Below are positions 55,739 through 64,000 of a DNA stretch of 64,000 bases, in pieces. The stretch's first letter is position 1. Each line of letters starts with the position of its first letter. The notes below the pieces were generated by a model. That model had not been told where the DNA came from, made no database searches, and saw only the letters and a list, made by a program, of their open reading frames with translations. This DNA is from an uncultured Candidatus Bathyarchaeia archaeon. GTDB lineage: Archaea > Thermoproteota > CALKCG01 > B24 > JAWCPE01. The translations under genes were made by a program, and so were the position numbers. The DNA lies in contig CAYNFI010000003.1 of NCBI GenBank assembly GCA_964396445.1, positions 2,231 to 66,230 of the forward strand. Direction: 5' to 3'.

Positions 55739-56332
55739 GTGAATACGTGTGACAGTAAACTCGTCGAGGTCTTGCAGTTGATCAAAGACTGTGACGGTGT
55801 CTTAACGGTGAAGCTTCTCTCCGAAGACGAGAAGAAGAAGCTCCTTGAAACTGAAGCCCAAGCCGAGGACCGGGTTATCTTCGGGTTGTGTAAGTCCCTC
55901 AATGAGGGTGTAAGAGAAGCCCTTAACAGGAGTTTCACCGTAGCTGCTGTCATCCAAACATCAGATTTCGCTTATCCACATCACCCCTACATGAAAGTCG
56001 TTTATGGAGACGTGGTTGTAGGTGAGGAAGCCTATGGGGAGGAAAGGTTAGCTGAGCTTCAGAAGTCACGTGACAACTTTTTCCTATGGGACAACTTTGT
56101 CCTTTACCGTTCAAAGCTTCCAAGGGATCCTTTGGCTAAACGCGGTATGAAGATGGTCTACGTGGCGAGGCCTTTCCAATACTTACACAGGCTTTCCTAC
56201 GTCGCAGACGATGTGTTCGGAGTTCCCTCAGTGGAGGGAGATTCCTTCTTGAAGAGCCTTCTAAACACGGCTTCAACAGACCCAACGGTGGGAACGTGTT
56301 TGATAGGCTTTAATGTAAGGAAAGAACGTTAG
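55739..56332 (+). CDS. Hypothetical protein (197 aa)
   Basis: ORF with ordinary protein composition and no motif I recognise. GTG start. Confidence 0.4.
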   Translation: MNTCDSKLVEVLQLIKDCDGVLTVKLLSEDEKKKLLETEAQAEDRVIFGLCKSLNEGVREALNRSFTVAAVIQTSDFAYPHHPYMKVVYGDVVVGEEAYGEERLAELQKSRDNFFLWDNFVLYRSKLPRDPLAKRGMKMVYVARPFQYLHRLSYVADDVFGVPSVEGDSFLKSLLNTASTDPTVGTCLIGFNVRKER

Positions 56333-56355
56333 CTTGTTTACTAATCAGTTCGACA

Positions 56356-57024
56356 TTAAGGAGTATTCATTACAATACCCTTCTTGAGGGCTATGCAACG
56401 AGGGATCTCCACCACCATAATGGCTTTTTCCACGACGACGCAGTCGCTGCCAGCCACAACATCTCCCTTCAATAGTGTAACCTTATCCGCTGTCTTCACC
56501 ATAATAGCTACGCCTTCCAAGCCGTGTTCGCGAAGCCCCTCCCGAATAACCTTTGCAAGTTCTCCGCTTCGCGGGATCGGCGCGTCGAGAAACCAGTATA
56601 CGCCATGGGGCTTTAGCTCTTTAAGCTCTGAAAGTATGAGGTTTAAGGCTTCAAAGGTTGTATCCGTAAAGCTGTACTTTCTTGAAACCATAGAGATATC
56701 CCTTACAACACCGTCGTCGGATAAGAATACAGGTAACCCCATAAGTATGATTTCAACCGTTATGAGGACGTTGTAGCCGTCTATGGATAATTTTTTTCCT
56801 CTCATAGCTTCGACTGAAACAACTTTTCTCCTATGCGCCTCACCAGTTTTTACATCGTAGACGGTACGGTATAGGAGAAGCCTTTCACCCTTATCTAAAC
56901 GGTATCTATCTCCCACAAACCTAACGGCTGGTTCTCTCCTATAGCCTCTAGATAGTAGGTATGCTAGGTCCCTAGAAGCCTCGACGACACTGTTCCCTAA
57001 GCCTTTAACAGCCTTCGATTCCAT
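56356..57024 (-). CDS. DUF434-type protein with a C-terminal NYN/YacP-like putative nuclease domain
   Basis: LSRGYRREPAVRFVGDRYRLDKGERLLLYR is DUF434-like, and KLSIDGYNVLITVE resembles the DGYN motif of YacP/Rae1-type NYN domains. Its ATG overlaps the leuS TAA (TAATG). Confidence 0.5.
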   Translation of the reverse strand: MESKAVKGLGNSVVEASRDLAYLLSRGYRREPAVRFVGDRYRLDKGERLLLYRTVYDVKTGEAHRRKVVSVEAMRGKKLSIDGYNVLITVEIILMGLPVFLSDDGVVRDISMVSRKYSFTDTTFEALNLILSELKELKPHGVYWFLDAPIPRSGELAKVIREGLREHGLEGVAIMVKTADKVTLLKGDVVAGSDCVVVEKAIMVVEIPRCIALKKGIVMNTP

Positions 57025-59960
57025 TACTCCACGTAAACCCCTGGTCTAAGGGGTTTAGCCAACCTAGCTCTATCCCTTGGGTCGTAGCGTTCAGTATCTT
57101 CCTCAGAGAAAACATGCACATCAGCTTTAAGTTCTTGTTGGAAGAAAACCAGCATTTCCCTTAAGGCTTCAACCTCGTCTAGAACCCCTACGGCTAACCA
57201 TCTTTTCAAGGTTTCCTTTGAAGCATGACTTAACTCCTTAAAAACTCCTTCAGCGAACCCCGCAGTGAGCCGCCCTTTTGCCCTAAGCTCAGGGTCCTCC
57301 ATCAACATCTTCATCAACCCACCTACCGTGACTATACCTGCGTCGACGGCTTGAAGCGTTTTCAAGAAGACCTTCCACTTCCACGGCGCGGAAAAGTAGT
57401 AACAGATCTGCTTGGGAGCAATCCCGGTAGCTCTAAGGATGTTGAACGTATCCTCAAGTAAGGTTTTGGCTAGGTTCTCCACCTCTTCCGCTTTCAAATC
57501 GATCTTCGAAGGGTTGGATACGGGCCATGAGGTTTCCGCGATGAAACCTTCTCCACCCATAGTATGCCAAAGCTCCTCACAGAGATGCGGCGTAAACGGA
57601 GCTAGCATACGGACTCTTGCATCTAAGACCTGTCTAAGAACGTTGGTTGTAGCCTCCATTCGCATAGGTAAATCCACCTCACTTGAGGTGCGTCGGGTAT
57701 ACCATTGGATGTCCCGGTCTAACTCATACATGATAACTTGGATAGCCCTACGGACATCAAGTTCATCCATAGCTTCCGTAACTTCATTGACGTAAGTGTT
57801 TAATCGGCTTACCATCCATCGGTCTATGTTTCTTGTTAGGTTAAACTCTTCGATTCCCTTCGACTTTACACAGAGGTCTAAAGCGTGATTTCGGAAACGT
57901 TCAAGCCATTCACCCACAGCCTTAGCTAAACCCGGGCTGAAGTCAGCGTCTTGAAGAAGACCGGCTGTGGAAACAACAGCGACCCTTAATGGGTCGGCGG
58001 CGTAGTTTTTTATAGCTTCCCTGAGCGGGATGATGTTGCCTAAACTTTTCGACATCTTCTGTCCTTCCATCAAGACGCTTCCGTTGACGACGATTTGGCG
58101 GGGCCACTGAGCGCGTGGGAAGATGGCGAGGTGGTTGAATATGAAGAACGTTAAGTGGTTGCTTACCAAATCTCTTCCCGAGTGACGGCTGTCAACGGGG
58201 TAGAAGTAAAGGAACTCTTCACGTATCTGTTTCAGCGTGTTAGAGCTTAGCCCAGTAGTATCTGACAGCTGGTCAGGTTCTCCGAAGCCGAGGAGTACGT
58301 AGTCGAAGAAGGCGTCTGTTAGCTGGCTTGCCTGAAGCCTAAGTTGGTTAACGTGCTTTGAGAGGATGTAGTAGGCCATATATATGGTGCTATCCGATAA
58401 GGATTCGATGATCCATTCCTGGTCCCATGGAAGCCTCGTTCCTAGTCCCGATTTTCTAGCACAGGCTTTTGCACGAAGCCAGTCAACAACGTTCTCAAAC
58501 TCTTGTATTAATTCCTTAGGAAGAACCTCCATCTCCTTAAGCCATTCATGGACTAACCTTTTCCACTCGGGGTTACCGTAATCTATGAACCATTGATCCT
58601 CAAAGATCTTTACAACGCACTCGGCTCCACAGCGGCAGAAAATAGGGCGGTTGATAAGCTCATACATGACACTTGCCCTTCCAGCCTGTATCAGGTCTTT
58701 CTTAACGGCTTCCTTTGCCTCAGTCACAGAAAGCCCAACGTATTTCCCCGTGTTCTCCCTCATCAAACCCCGGCTAAACTCCATGTTATAAACATCCTTT
58801 GTTACATCCTCGAGCCTACGGTCGCGTTGGCTTTCAATCCCTAAACGTTGAACAGCCTCAACTGTGAGGAATTCAGAGCCTTCAGGTATTTTTATAACGG
58901 ATATGGGTTTAACCTCTTCAAGAAGACCTTGGCTTAAGCCATACTCCTTCAGTCTACTCGGCTCCTTCACTAAGCTCTCTAATCCCACGTAGTCATAAGG
59001 CGCGTGAGCTGGGACAGACATGACGACGCCTGTGGCGTTCCTAGGGTCTACGAACTCGGCTGGAAGGATTGGAACGTAACGGTTCGTAACAGGGTTTCTA
59101 ACCTGCTTTCCAAGAAGTGTTCTGCCGCGGATAAAGGATCTAACGTTAACAACCTTATTCTGAAGGCGGAGCTTTTCTATGCATTCCCTGCTTATAATCC
59201 ACCGCTGTCCATCGACATCTGCTTCAACGTACTCAGCTTCAGGGTTTAACCAAATATTTGTGACTCCGAAAACGGTTTCAGGCCTCAATGTTGCCGTTGG
59301 CAGTATGGCCTCAGGAGATTCGAAGAATATAACGGTGAACTCCTCTACCTCAGGTTCCATGTCACCACGGGTATCATGCTGCCCAACAGGGTTTCCACAG
59401 CTAGGGCACCATCCTACTGGGTGGCTTCCCTTCGTTATGTACCCTCTTTCACGCAACTTGTGAAACTGCCACTCGATGAAACGGTTGTAGCATGGGTCAA
59501 TAGTAGTGAACTCCCTTCTCCAGTCTATGGAGTAACCCATCTCCTTCATACCCATCTTGATCTCTTCATGAAAGTATTGAGCGATCTTAAGCGGTTCTTT
59601 AAACCCCTCTAAGACATCGAGAGGAACCTTACAGATCCGTGTAAAGGTATCAATGATGTCCTCGTCGCCAGCTTCTAAACGCTTGGACATGGCGAGGACA
59701 GGAGTGCCTGTGTAATGGAAGGCCATGGGGAAAAGGGTTTGGTAACCCCGCATCCTCATGTAACGGGCGTGAATATCCGTTAGAGCATAGGTTCTTCCAT
59801 GTCCAATATGCTGTGGAAGGTTGGGATAGGGATATGCGACTGTGATAAAGAATTTAGGCTTGAGTGAAATGGGGTCGACTTCGAAAAGCTTCGCCCTCTC
59901 CCATTCACGCTGCCACTTCCTCTCGACTTCTACGAGGTTTGCGGGCATAGTTATACCCAT
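57024..59960 (-). CDS. leuS: Leucyl-tRNA synthetase (archaeal type)
   Basis: HIGH-type motif PQHIGHGRTY and KMSKS motif QKMSKSLGN, with an editing-domain insertion. The 978-aa size fits. Confidence 0.95.
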   Translation of the reverse strand: MGITMPANLVEVERKWQREWERAKLFEVDPISLKPKFFITVAYPYPNLPQHIGHGRTYALTDIHARYMRMRGYQTLFPMAFHYTGTPVLAMSKRLEAGDEDIIDTFTRICKVPLDVLEGFKEPLKIAQYFHEEIKMGMKEMGYSIDWRREFTTIDPCYNRFIEWQFHKLRERGYITKGSHPVGWCPSCGNPVGQHDTRGDMEPEVEEFTVIFFESPEAILPTATLRPETVFGVTNIWLNPEAEYVEADVDGQRWIISRECIEKLRLQNKVVNVRSFIRGRTLLGKQVRNPVTNRYVPILPAEFVDPRNATGVVMSVPAHAPYDYVGLESLVKEPSRLKEYGLSQGLLEEVKPISVIKIPEGSEFLTVEAVQRLGIESQRDRRLEDVTKDVYNMEFSRGLMRENTGKYVGLSVTEAKEAVKKDLIQAGRASVMYELINRPIFCRCGAECVVKIFEDQWFIDYGNPEWKRLVHEWLKEMEVLPKELIQEFENVVDWLRAKACARKSGLGTRLPWDQEWIIESLSDSTIYMAYYILSKHVNQLRLQASQLTDAFFDYVLLGFGEPDQLSDTTGLSSNTLKQIREEFLYFYPVDSRHSGRDLVSNHLTFFIFNHLAIFPRAQWPRQIVVNGSVLMEGQKMSKSLGNIIPLREAIKNYAADPLRVAVVSTAGLLQDADFSPGLAKAVGEWLERFRNHALDLCVKSKGIEEFNLTRNIDRWMVSRLNTYVNEVTEAMDELDVRRAIQVIMYELDRDIQWYTRRTSSEVDLPMRMEATTNVLRQVLDARVRMLAPFTPHLCEELWHTMGGEGFIAETSWPVSNPSKIDLKAEEVENLAKTLLEDTFNILRATGIAPKQICYYFSAPWKWKVFLKTLQAVDAGIVTVGGLMKMLMEDPELRAKGRLTAGFAEGVFKELSHASKETLKRWLAVGVLDEVEALREMLVFFQQELKADVHVFSEEDTERYDPRDRARLAKPLRPGVYVE

Positions 59961-60177
59961 CCTATAAGCCTTTAAGTGCAGAATTATTTGTTAAACTCCT
60001 TTATAACCGTAGGTGGAAGACTGTAAAAAGAAGTCCAGTCGTAAAACTGGGCACATTTCAGGGATATGCAAAGAACGGAAGCGATCTTCTTCATTACTCC
60101 TCTATCTAGGCACTCAACTGTCAGATTAAGGATTTTCCAGTATGATGATTCTTAATATGCAGGGGTATTTGCGAGGG

Positions 60178-60531
60178 TTAAACGATTGTATGCGCTGTTT
60201 TTTTCTTAAGGTCTTCCTCTTCCTTCCGCTTCTTAAGCGCTTCCTCAATTTTATTCCATGTTCTCGTCACGTCTATATCGTATTGAAGCAGGGCAAAACC
60301 GACTCGGATAAGGTTCTTCGCTATGTCCCTCACCATTTCAGGGTCCATCCTTTCCATAACCGTGAAATCCGTGAACCATTGCTCGAAACCTCTAAGGCTC
60401 TGTTCATAGGTGGCTAAGAGCTGTCTACCGAACCGTATAAGCTCAGCCTTATCCATGGTTTCAAGTTTATCTTCAAGGCTTTTTCTCTCCTTTAAAAGGA
60501 ACTCCACGTATTGATAGAAAGCCATCGACAT
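60178..60531 (-). CDS. Hypothetical helical protein (117 aa)
   Basis: ORF with a helical, charged sequence. The competing plus-strand ORF 60142-60417 is less protein-like. Confidence 0.4.
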   Translation of the reverse strand: MSMAFYQYVEFLLKERKSLEDKLETMDKAELIRFGRQLLATYEQSLRGFEQWFTDFTVMERMDPEMVRDIAKNLIRVGFALLQYDIDVTRTWNKIEEALKKRKEEEDLKKKTAHTIV

Positions 60532-60639
60532 TCTACCTTCGCCTCTCTAATACGAAACACAGTTACACTTAAGCTTTAACTTACACCCCTTACAACCTTA
60601 AAAACATCACACAGAAGGAAAATATTCGAAGCTGAGGTT

Positions 60640-61182
60640 TCAAGAACCCATTTTAAACCCTCTATAATGTTCCTCATGGATTAGAGCGTCTAGTGGTATA
60701 CGTTCTGTAGGCCGAGGTTTCTCACCGGGATACCCTATAGGAATTATGGCTATGGGTTTCAACCAACTGGGAAGACTTAGGATTTCTATGACATGTCTGT
60801 CGTCATAAGCCCCGACCCAGCAAGCGCCGAGCCCAAGAGCGTGAACGGCGAGTAGGAGGTTTTGCACAGCCGCCGCCGCATCGAGGAGGCAGTATAGTTT
60901 ACGTCCTCTATCACCGTATCGAATGGCAGACCTCTCTTCGTTAGCACAGACCACGATGTCAACCGGTGCCTGTTCGATAAACTCTTGATCAAGAGCCGCC
61001 TCGCAAAGCTTTCTCTTAACCCTAGCGTCTTTGACGATGATGAAATCCCAGGGTTGGCAGTTCCCAGCTGAAGGCGCCCACTTCGCCGCTTCAAGAACTT
61101 TCGTAAGTAAGGCTTTGGGAACTGGTTTTGAAATGAAAGCTCGAACACTCCTCCGTTCCCTAATGGCTTCGAAAACATCCAT
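60640..61182 (-). CDS. Nitroreductase family protein
   Basis: MDVFEAIRERRSVRAF and AAKWAPSAGNCQPW are canonical nitroreductase motifs. Confidence 0.85.
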   Translation of the reverse strand: MDVFEAIRERRSVRAFISKPVPKALLTKVLEAAKWAPSAGNCQPWDFIIVKDARVKRKLCEAALDQEFIEQAPVDIVVCANEERSAIRYGDRGRKLYCLLDAAAAVQNLLLAVHALGLGACWVGAYDDRHVIEILSLPSWLKPIAIIPIGYPGEKPRPTERIPLDALIHEEHYRGFKMGS

Positions 61183-61331
61183 AAATCAATACATTAGGTT
61201 AGATGGATTTTAACCTTAACCTCGCTATTGTTAAGCACCTAAACTGTATTCTAGCAGAAAGATGACGTTTCCCCTTCCCTTCAGGGAAAGGAATAAATCA
61301 GTTCCCTTCATAGGCTATATGGGGTTACGGT

Positions 61332-62558
61332 ATGACTAAGTTAGCTGTTAAAGGCGGAGATCCTGTTAGGAAGAAACCCTTCCCCTCATGGCCAGTCTAC
61401 GACGAAAAAGAGCTTAACGCGTTGAGGGATGTCCTCTACAGTAGTGCTTGGGGTATTGGTGGGAAGAGGAAGAGCGAGTTCGAGGAAAAATTCGCGGCTT
61501 ACCACACCGCGAAGTATGGGGTTGCGGTGACGAGTGGAACCACTGCTTTAGAGATCGCCCTCCGAGCTGTAGGGTTAGGCGCTGGTGATGAGGTGATTAT
61601 ACCCCCATATACCTTCATGGCGACGGCTACAGCTGTAATAATGGCTAATGCAATCCCGGTCTTCGCCGATATCGACCCTGAAACCTACTGTATAGACCCT
61701 GCGAGAGTCGAGGAAGCGATAACTGGTAAGACGAAGGTCATCATACCCGTCCATATCGGGGGCTGCCCAGCGGATATGGATCGAATAATGACCGTCGCTG
61801 AAAACCATGGGTTAAAGGTTGTAGAGGATGCTGCGCAGGCTCATGGAGCTCAGTTTCGTGAGAAGATGGTTGGAAGCATAGGGCATATGGGCTGCTTCAG
61901 TTTCCAGTCGAGTAAGAACGTTACAAGCGGCGAGGGAGGTATCATCTTAACAAACGATAGGAAACTGTACGAGTTGTGCTGGTCTCTCCACAACTGTGGA
62001 CGGACTATGCAGGGTGCATGGTATGAACATCACCTGCTCGGCGGCAACTATAGGATGACGGAGTTTCAAGCTGCCCTGCTCCTTGTGCAACTTGGAAAGC
62101 TTGAGGAACAGACGCTGAGGAGGAATGAGAATGGGCTGTACCTATCGGAGAAACTCTCTGGAATCGATGGGATAAAACCTCAGAGAAGGGATGAGAGGGT
62201 TGTTTCCCACGCCTACCACCTCTTCATCTTCAGGTACGACGCCGATGGATTCGATGGCTTACCGAGGAGCCGTTTCATCGAAGCCCTTAAAGCTGAGGGT
62301 ATACCATGCAGCCCCGGTTACGGAATCCCCCTCCACCGTATGCCTTTCCTCGAAACAGTGCGAAGATGCCCTCTATCATGTCCCTACTACGGTGAAGCTC
62401 CAGATTACAAAGCCATATCCCTACCCGTAACTGAGAAAGCGTGCTTAGAGGAGGGGGTTTGGCTGGGGCAAAGCATGCTCCTCGGAACCAAGGAAGACAT
62501 GGACGACATCGTACATGCCATCTTGAAAGTTAAGGAGAACGTGGCTGAACTGCTTTAA
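61332..62558 (+). CDS. DegT/DnrJ/EryC1/StrS family PLP-dependent sugar aminotransferase
   Basis: GTTALEIALRA, VIIPPYTFMATA, VEDAAQAHGA and FSFQSSKNVTSGEGG (PLP lysine). Confidence 0.9.
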   Translation: MTKLAVKGGDPVRKKPFPSWPVYDEKELNALRDVLYSSAWGIGGKRKSEFEEKFAAYHTAKYGVAVTSGTTALEIALRAVGLGAGDEVIIPPYTFMATATAVIMANAIPVFADIDPETYCIDPARVEEAITGKTKVIIPVHIGGCPADMDRIMTVAENHGLKVVEDAAQAHGAQFREKMVGSIGHMGCFSFQSSKNVTSGEGGIILTNDRKLYELCWSLHNCGRTMQGAWYEHHLLGGNYRMTEFQAALLLVQLGKLEEQTLRRNENGLYLSEKLSGIDGIKPQRRDERVVSHAYHLFIFRYDADGFDGLPRSRFIEALKAEGIPCSPGYGIPLHRMPFLETVRRCPLSCPYYGEAPDYKAISLPVTEKACLEEGVWLGQSMLLGTKEDMDDIVHAILKVKENVAELL

Positions 62559-62597
62559 GGCTTTCAGAGGGGAGTGTATCAGATAGAGGTGCGAGGC

Positions 62598-64000
62598 TTA
62601 GAGACTCAGCTCAGGTTTACGCAGCCTCTCCCTGATTTTTTCAAGGTCTATCTCCACGGCTGCGATGGGGTTTTCTAAACTGAAGTTGATGATCACTTCA
62701 GGATGGATTTCACCTAGAAAGCCTACATCCTCATTGTTAACCATGACCACGCCGAACCTACCCTCCAAGAAGCTGGGGTGTGTTCCGGGTGTGACCGAGC
62801 CCTTCACACCTAGAGCTTTTAATAATCCGTCAACAACCGCCTTAACCTCGCTGAACCCAGCCTCCGCGTGTGTTGTGACAGCTGCGAGCTTCCGCCTAGT
62901 TCTGGCTTTAGTCTCAGAGGCTTCATCGAGTTCGATAACGTCGTCTAGTTCAAACACTCTTTGCGGGTAATCCCTATGTTTATTCCTTGAGAGAACAGTG
63001 ACCAGGCTTGGGATAAGCCAGTTCCTACATACCGTGTACTCCGTGGTTTCAGGGTTCACGATCTCAGCTGCACCCACTTCTGGAAGCCTCATCGCCGTGA
63101 AGAGCAGTCTAGGATTCGTCAAGATATACGTCATAACCTCTTGGTAACCACATCCCACCATAAGATCCCTAACTCTCGCCGAGAGGGTTTCTAAGAGATC
63201 CTCCTCTCCTATGGTCGAAATACGTGGAATCTCCGGGGTGATGTTGTCGTAGCCATAGGCGATGGCGATGTCCTCCATAAGGTCAACTGGATGCATGATA
63301 TCCACTCTATACGGGGGAATGAGTACGGTTAGAGTGTCGCCGTCAACGGCTTCAACACCGAACCTCATGGTCTTCAGGTACGCTTTGACCTCCTCCATGC
63401 TGAGGTTTAAGCCGAGAAGCTTTTGGACGGCTTTCCCTTCAAGGTTTAGCCTTCTAATGCTTAGGTCAGGGCTTCTTACATCTCTACCCGTTGGGGTATC
63501 GTATGGATATGCGAGTGCCACGCTTTTTACGCAGCCTCCTCGCTCTATCAGGGTGCAGGTTACGATGTTAAGAACCATGTTAATCGTCAGCCACTCAAGT
63601 CCAGTCACGTCGACTACAAGGTTTCGAGTTGAGGCGGTTACTCGGGTGTCTTCGGAGTTTATTATCGGGGGCATACTTAGAACAGTTCCTTCGCTGTCCA
63701 TGAGGATTGGGTAGTTGTCGAATAGGGTGAGGATGTGTCCATACTCTATGCCTTTCGGATGTTTTTTAAAGATATCTTCGATCGAGAGTTTCCCTTGAAG
63801 GTCGAGGGGTGTGAACCTAAAGCTGCTATCCTCAGTCGTGTACTTGAGGGGAAATCTTACCTTATCAAGGTCGTAGACACCTATGGAGGCCTTCTTCCGG
63901 TTACGGCAGTAGGAAACATGAAGCTTCTCCTGGAGCTGCATCACGGATTTCAAGGCTTCATCCGTGAACTTTATGTCCTCTATCACGGCGATGACAATGT
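62598..64000 (-). CDS. pheT: Phenylalanyl-tRNA synthetase beta subunit (archaeal), with the N-terminus beyond the window edge
   Basis: B3/B4- and B5-like regions and a C-terminal class II-like domain (FELDDV...AAVTTHAEAGFSEVKAVVDGLL...HPSFLEGR). The ORF is still open at position 64000. Confidence 0.9.
   Translation of the reverse strand, partial: IVIAVIEDIKFTDEALKSVMQLQEKLHVSYCRNRKKASIGVYDLDKVRFPLKYTTEDSSFRFTPLDLQGKLSIEDIFKKHPKGIEYGHILTLFDNYPILMDSEGTVLSMPPIINSEDTRVTASTRNLVVDVTGLEWLTINMVLNIVTCTLIERGGCVKSVALAYPYDTPTGRDVRSPDLSIRRLNLEGKAVQKLLGLNLSMEEVKAYLKTMRFGVEAVDGDTLTVLIPPYRVDIMHPVDLMEDIAIAYGYDNITPEIPRISTIGEEDLLETLSARVRDLMVGCGYQEVMTYILTNPRLLFTAMRLPEVGAAEIVNPETTEYTVCRNWLIPSLVTVLSRNKHRDYPQRVFELDDVIELDEASETKARTRRKLAAVTTHAEAGFSEVKAVVDGLLKALGVKGSVTPGTHPSFLEGRFGVVMVNNEDVGFLGEIHPEVIINFSLENPIAAVEIDLEKIRERLRKPELSL

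Noticed and set aside
1-64000. CRISPR arrays, tRNA/rRNA genes, IS elements or integrases, and known defence systems
   Set aside because: Scanning the intergenic regions by eye showed no regularly spaced direct repeats, no T-loop-like GGTTCRAATCC motifs in cloverleaf context, and no transposase, integrase or cas-like ORFs. tRNAscan, Rfam and defence-finder runs are still needed, because detection by eye is weak for short RNAs.

Overview
This is a gene-dense chromosomal segment (about 60 genes, both strands) from an archaeon. Archaeal or eukaryote-type informational genes are present: ribosomal proteins S25e and L15e, aIF2-beta, Elp3, archaeal-type LeuRS, AspRS and PheRS-beta, and type II GAPDH. 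S25e suggests a TACK/Asgard-like lineage rather than a euryarchaeon, but that is inference only.

Metabolic content:
- A tightly packed formylmethanofuran dehydrogenase operon (fwdD-B-A-C), followed by a URO-D-fold gene.
- Methenyl-H4MPT cyclohydrolase (mch).
- Archaeal-type PEP carboxylase.
- ilvD, pyrE, pyrF, hisG, myo-inositol-1-phosphate synthase and a LarA-like protein.
- Three URO-D-family paralogues, plus several oxidoreductase and sugar-acid type genes.

Most notable observations:
1. fwdA is interrupted exactly at its HxH metal-ligand motif by a 32-nt insert. The insert is flanked by 12-nt direct repeats and carries a stop codon and a sense-strand hairpin.
2. A secreted, sequon-rich, single-pass membrane protein looks like eukaryotic ribophorin I (OST1).
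3. A divergent thioredoxin-fold / ferredoxin:thioredoxin-reductase-like gene pair.
4. An A+T-rich single-gene island encoding a prenyltransferase/terpene-cyclase-repeat protein.
5. Decayed loci: a phosphoribosyltransferase pseudogene and a patch of three gene remnants upstream of aIF2-beta.
6. A 59-aa YHS/TRASH gene that the ORF track missed.

Reading by eye I found no rRNA, tRNA, CRISPR array, integrase or transposase, and no recognisable defence system. All domain calls come from motif recognition by eye and need HMM or structure confirmation.
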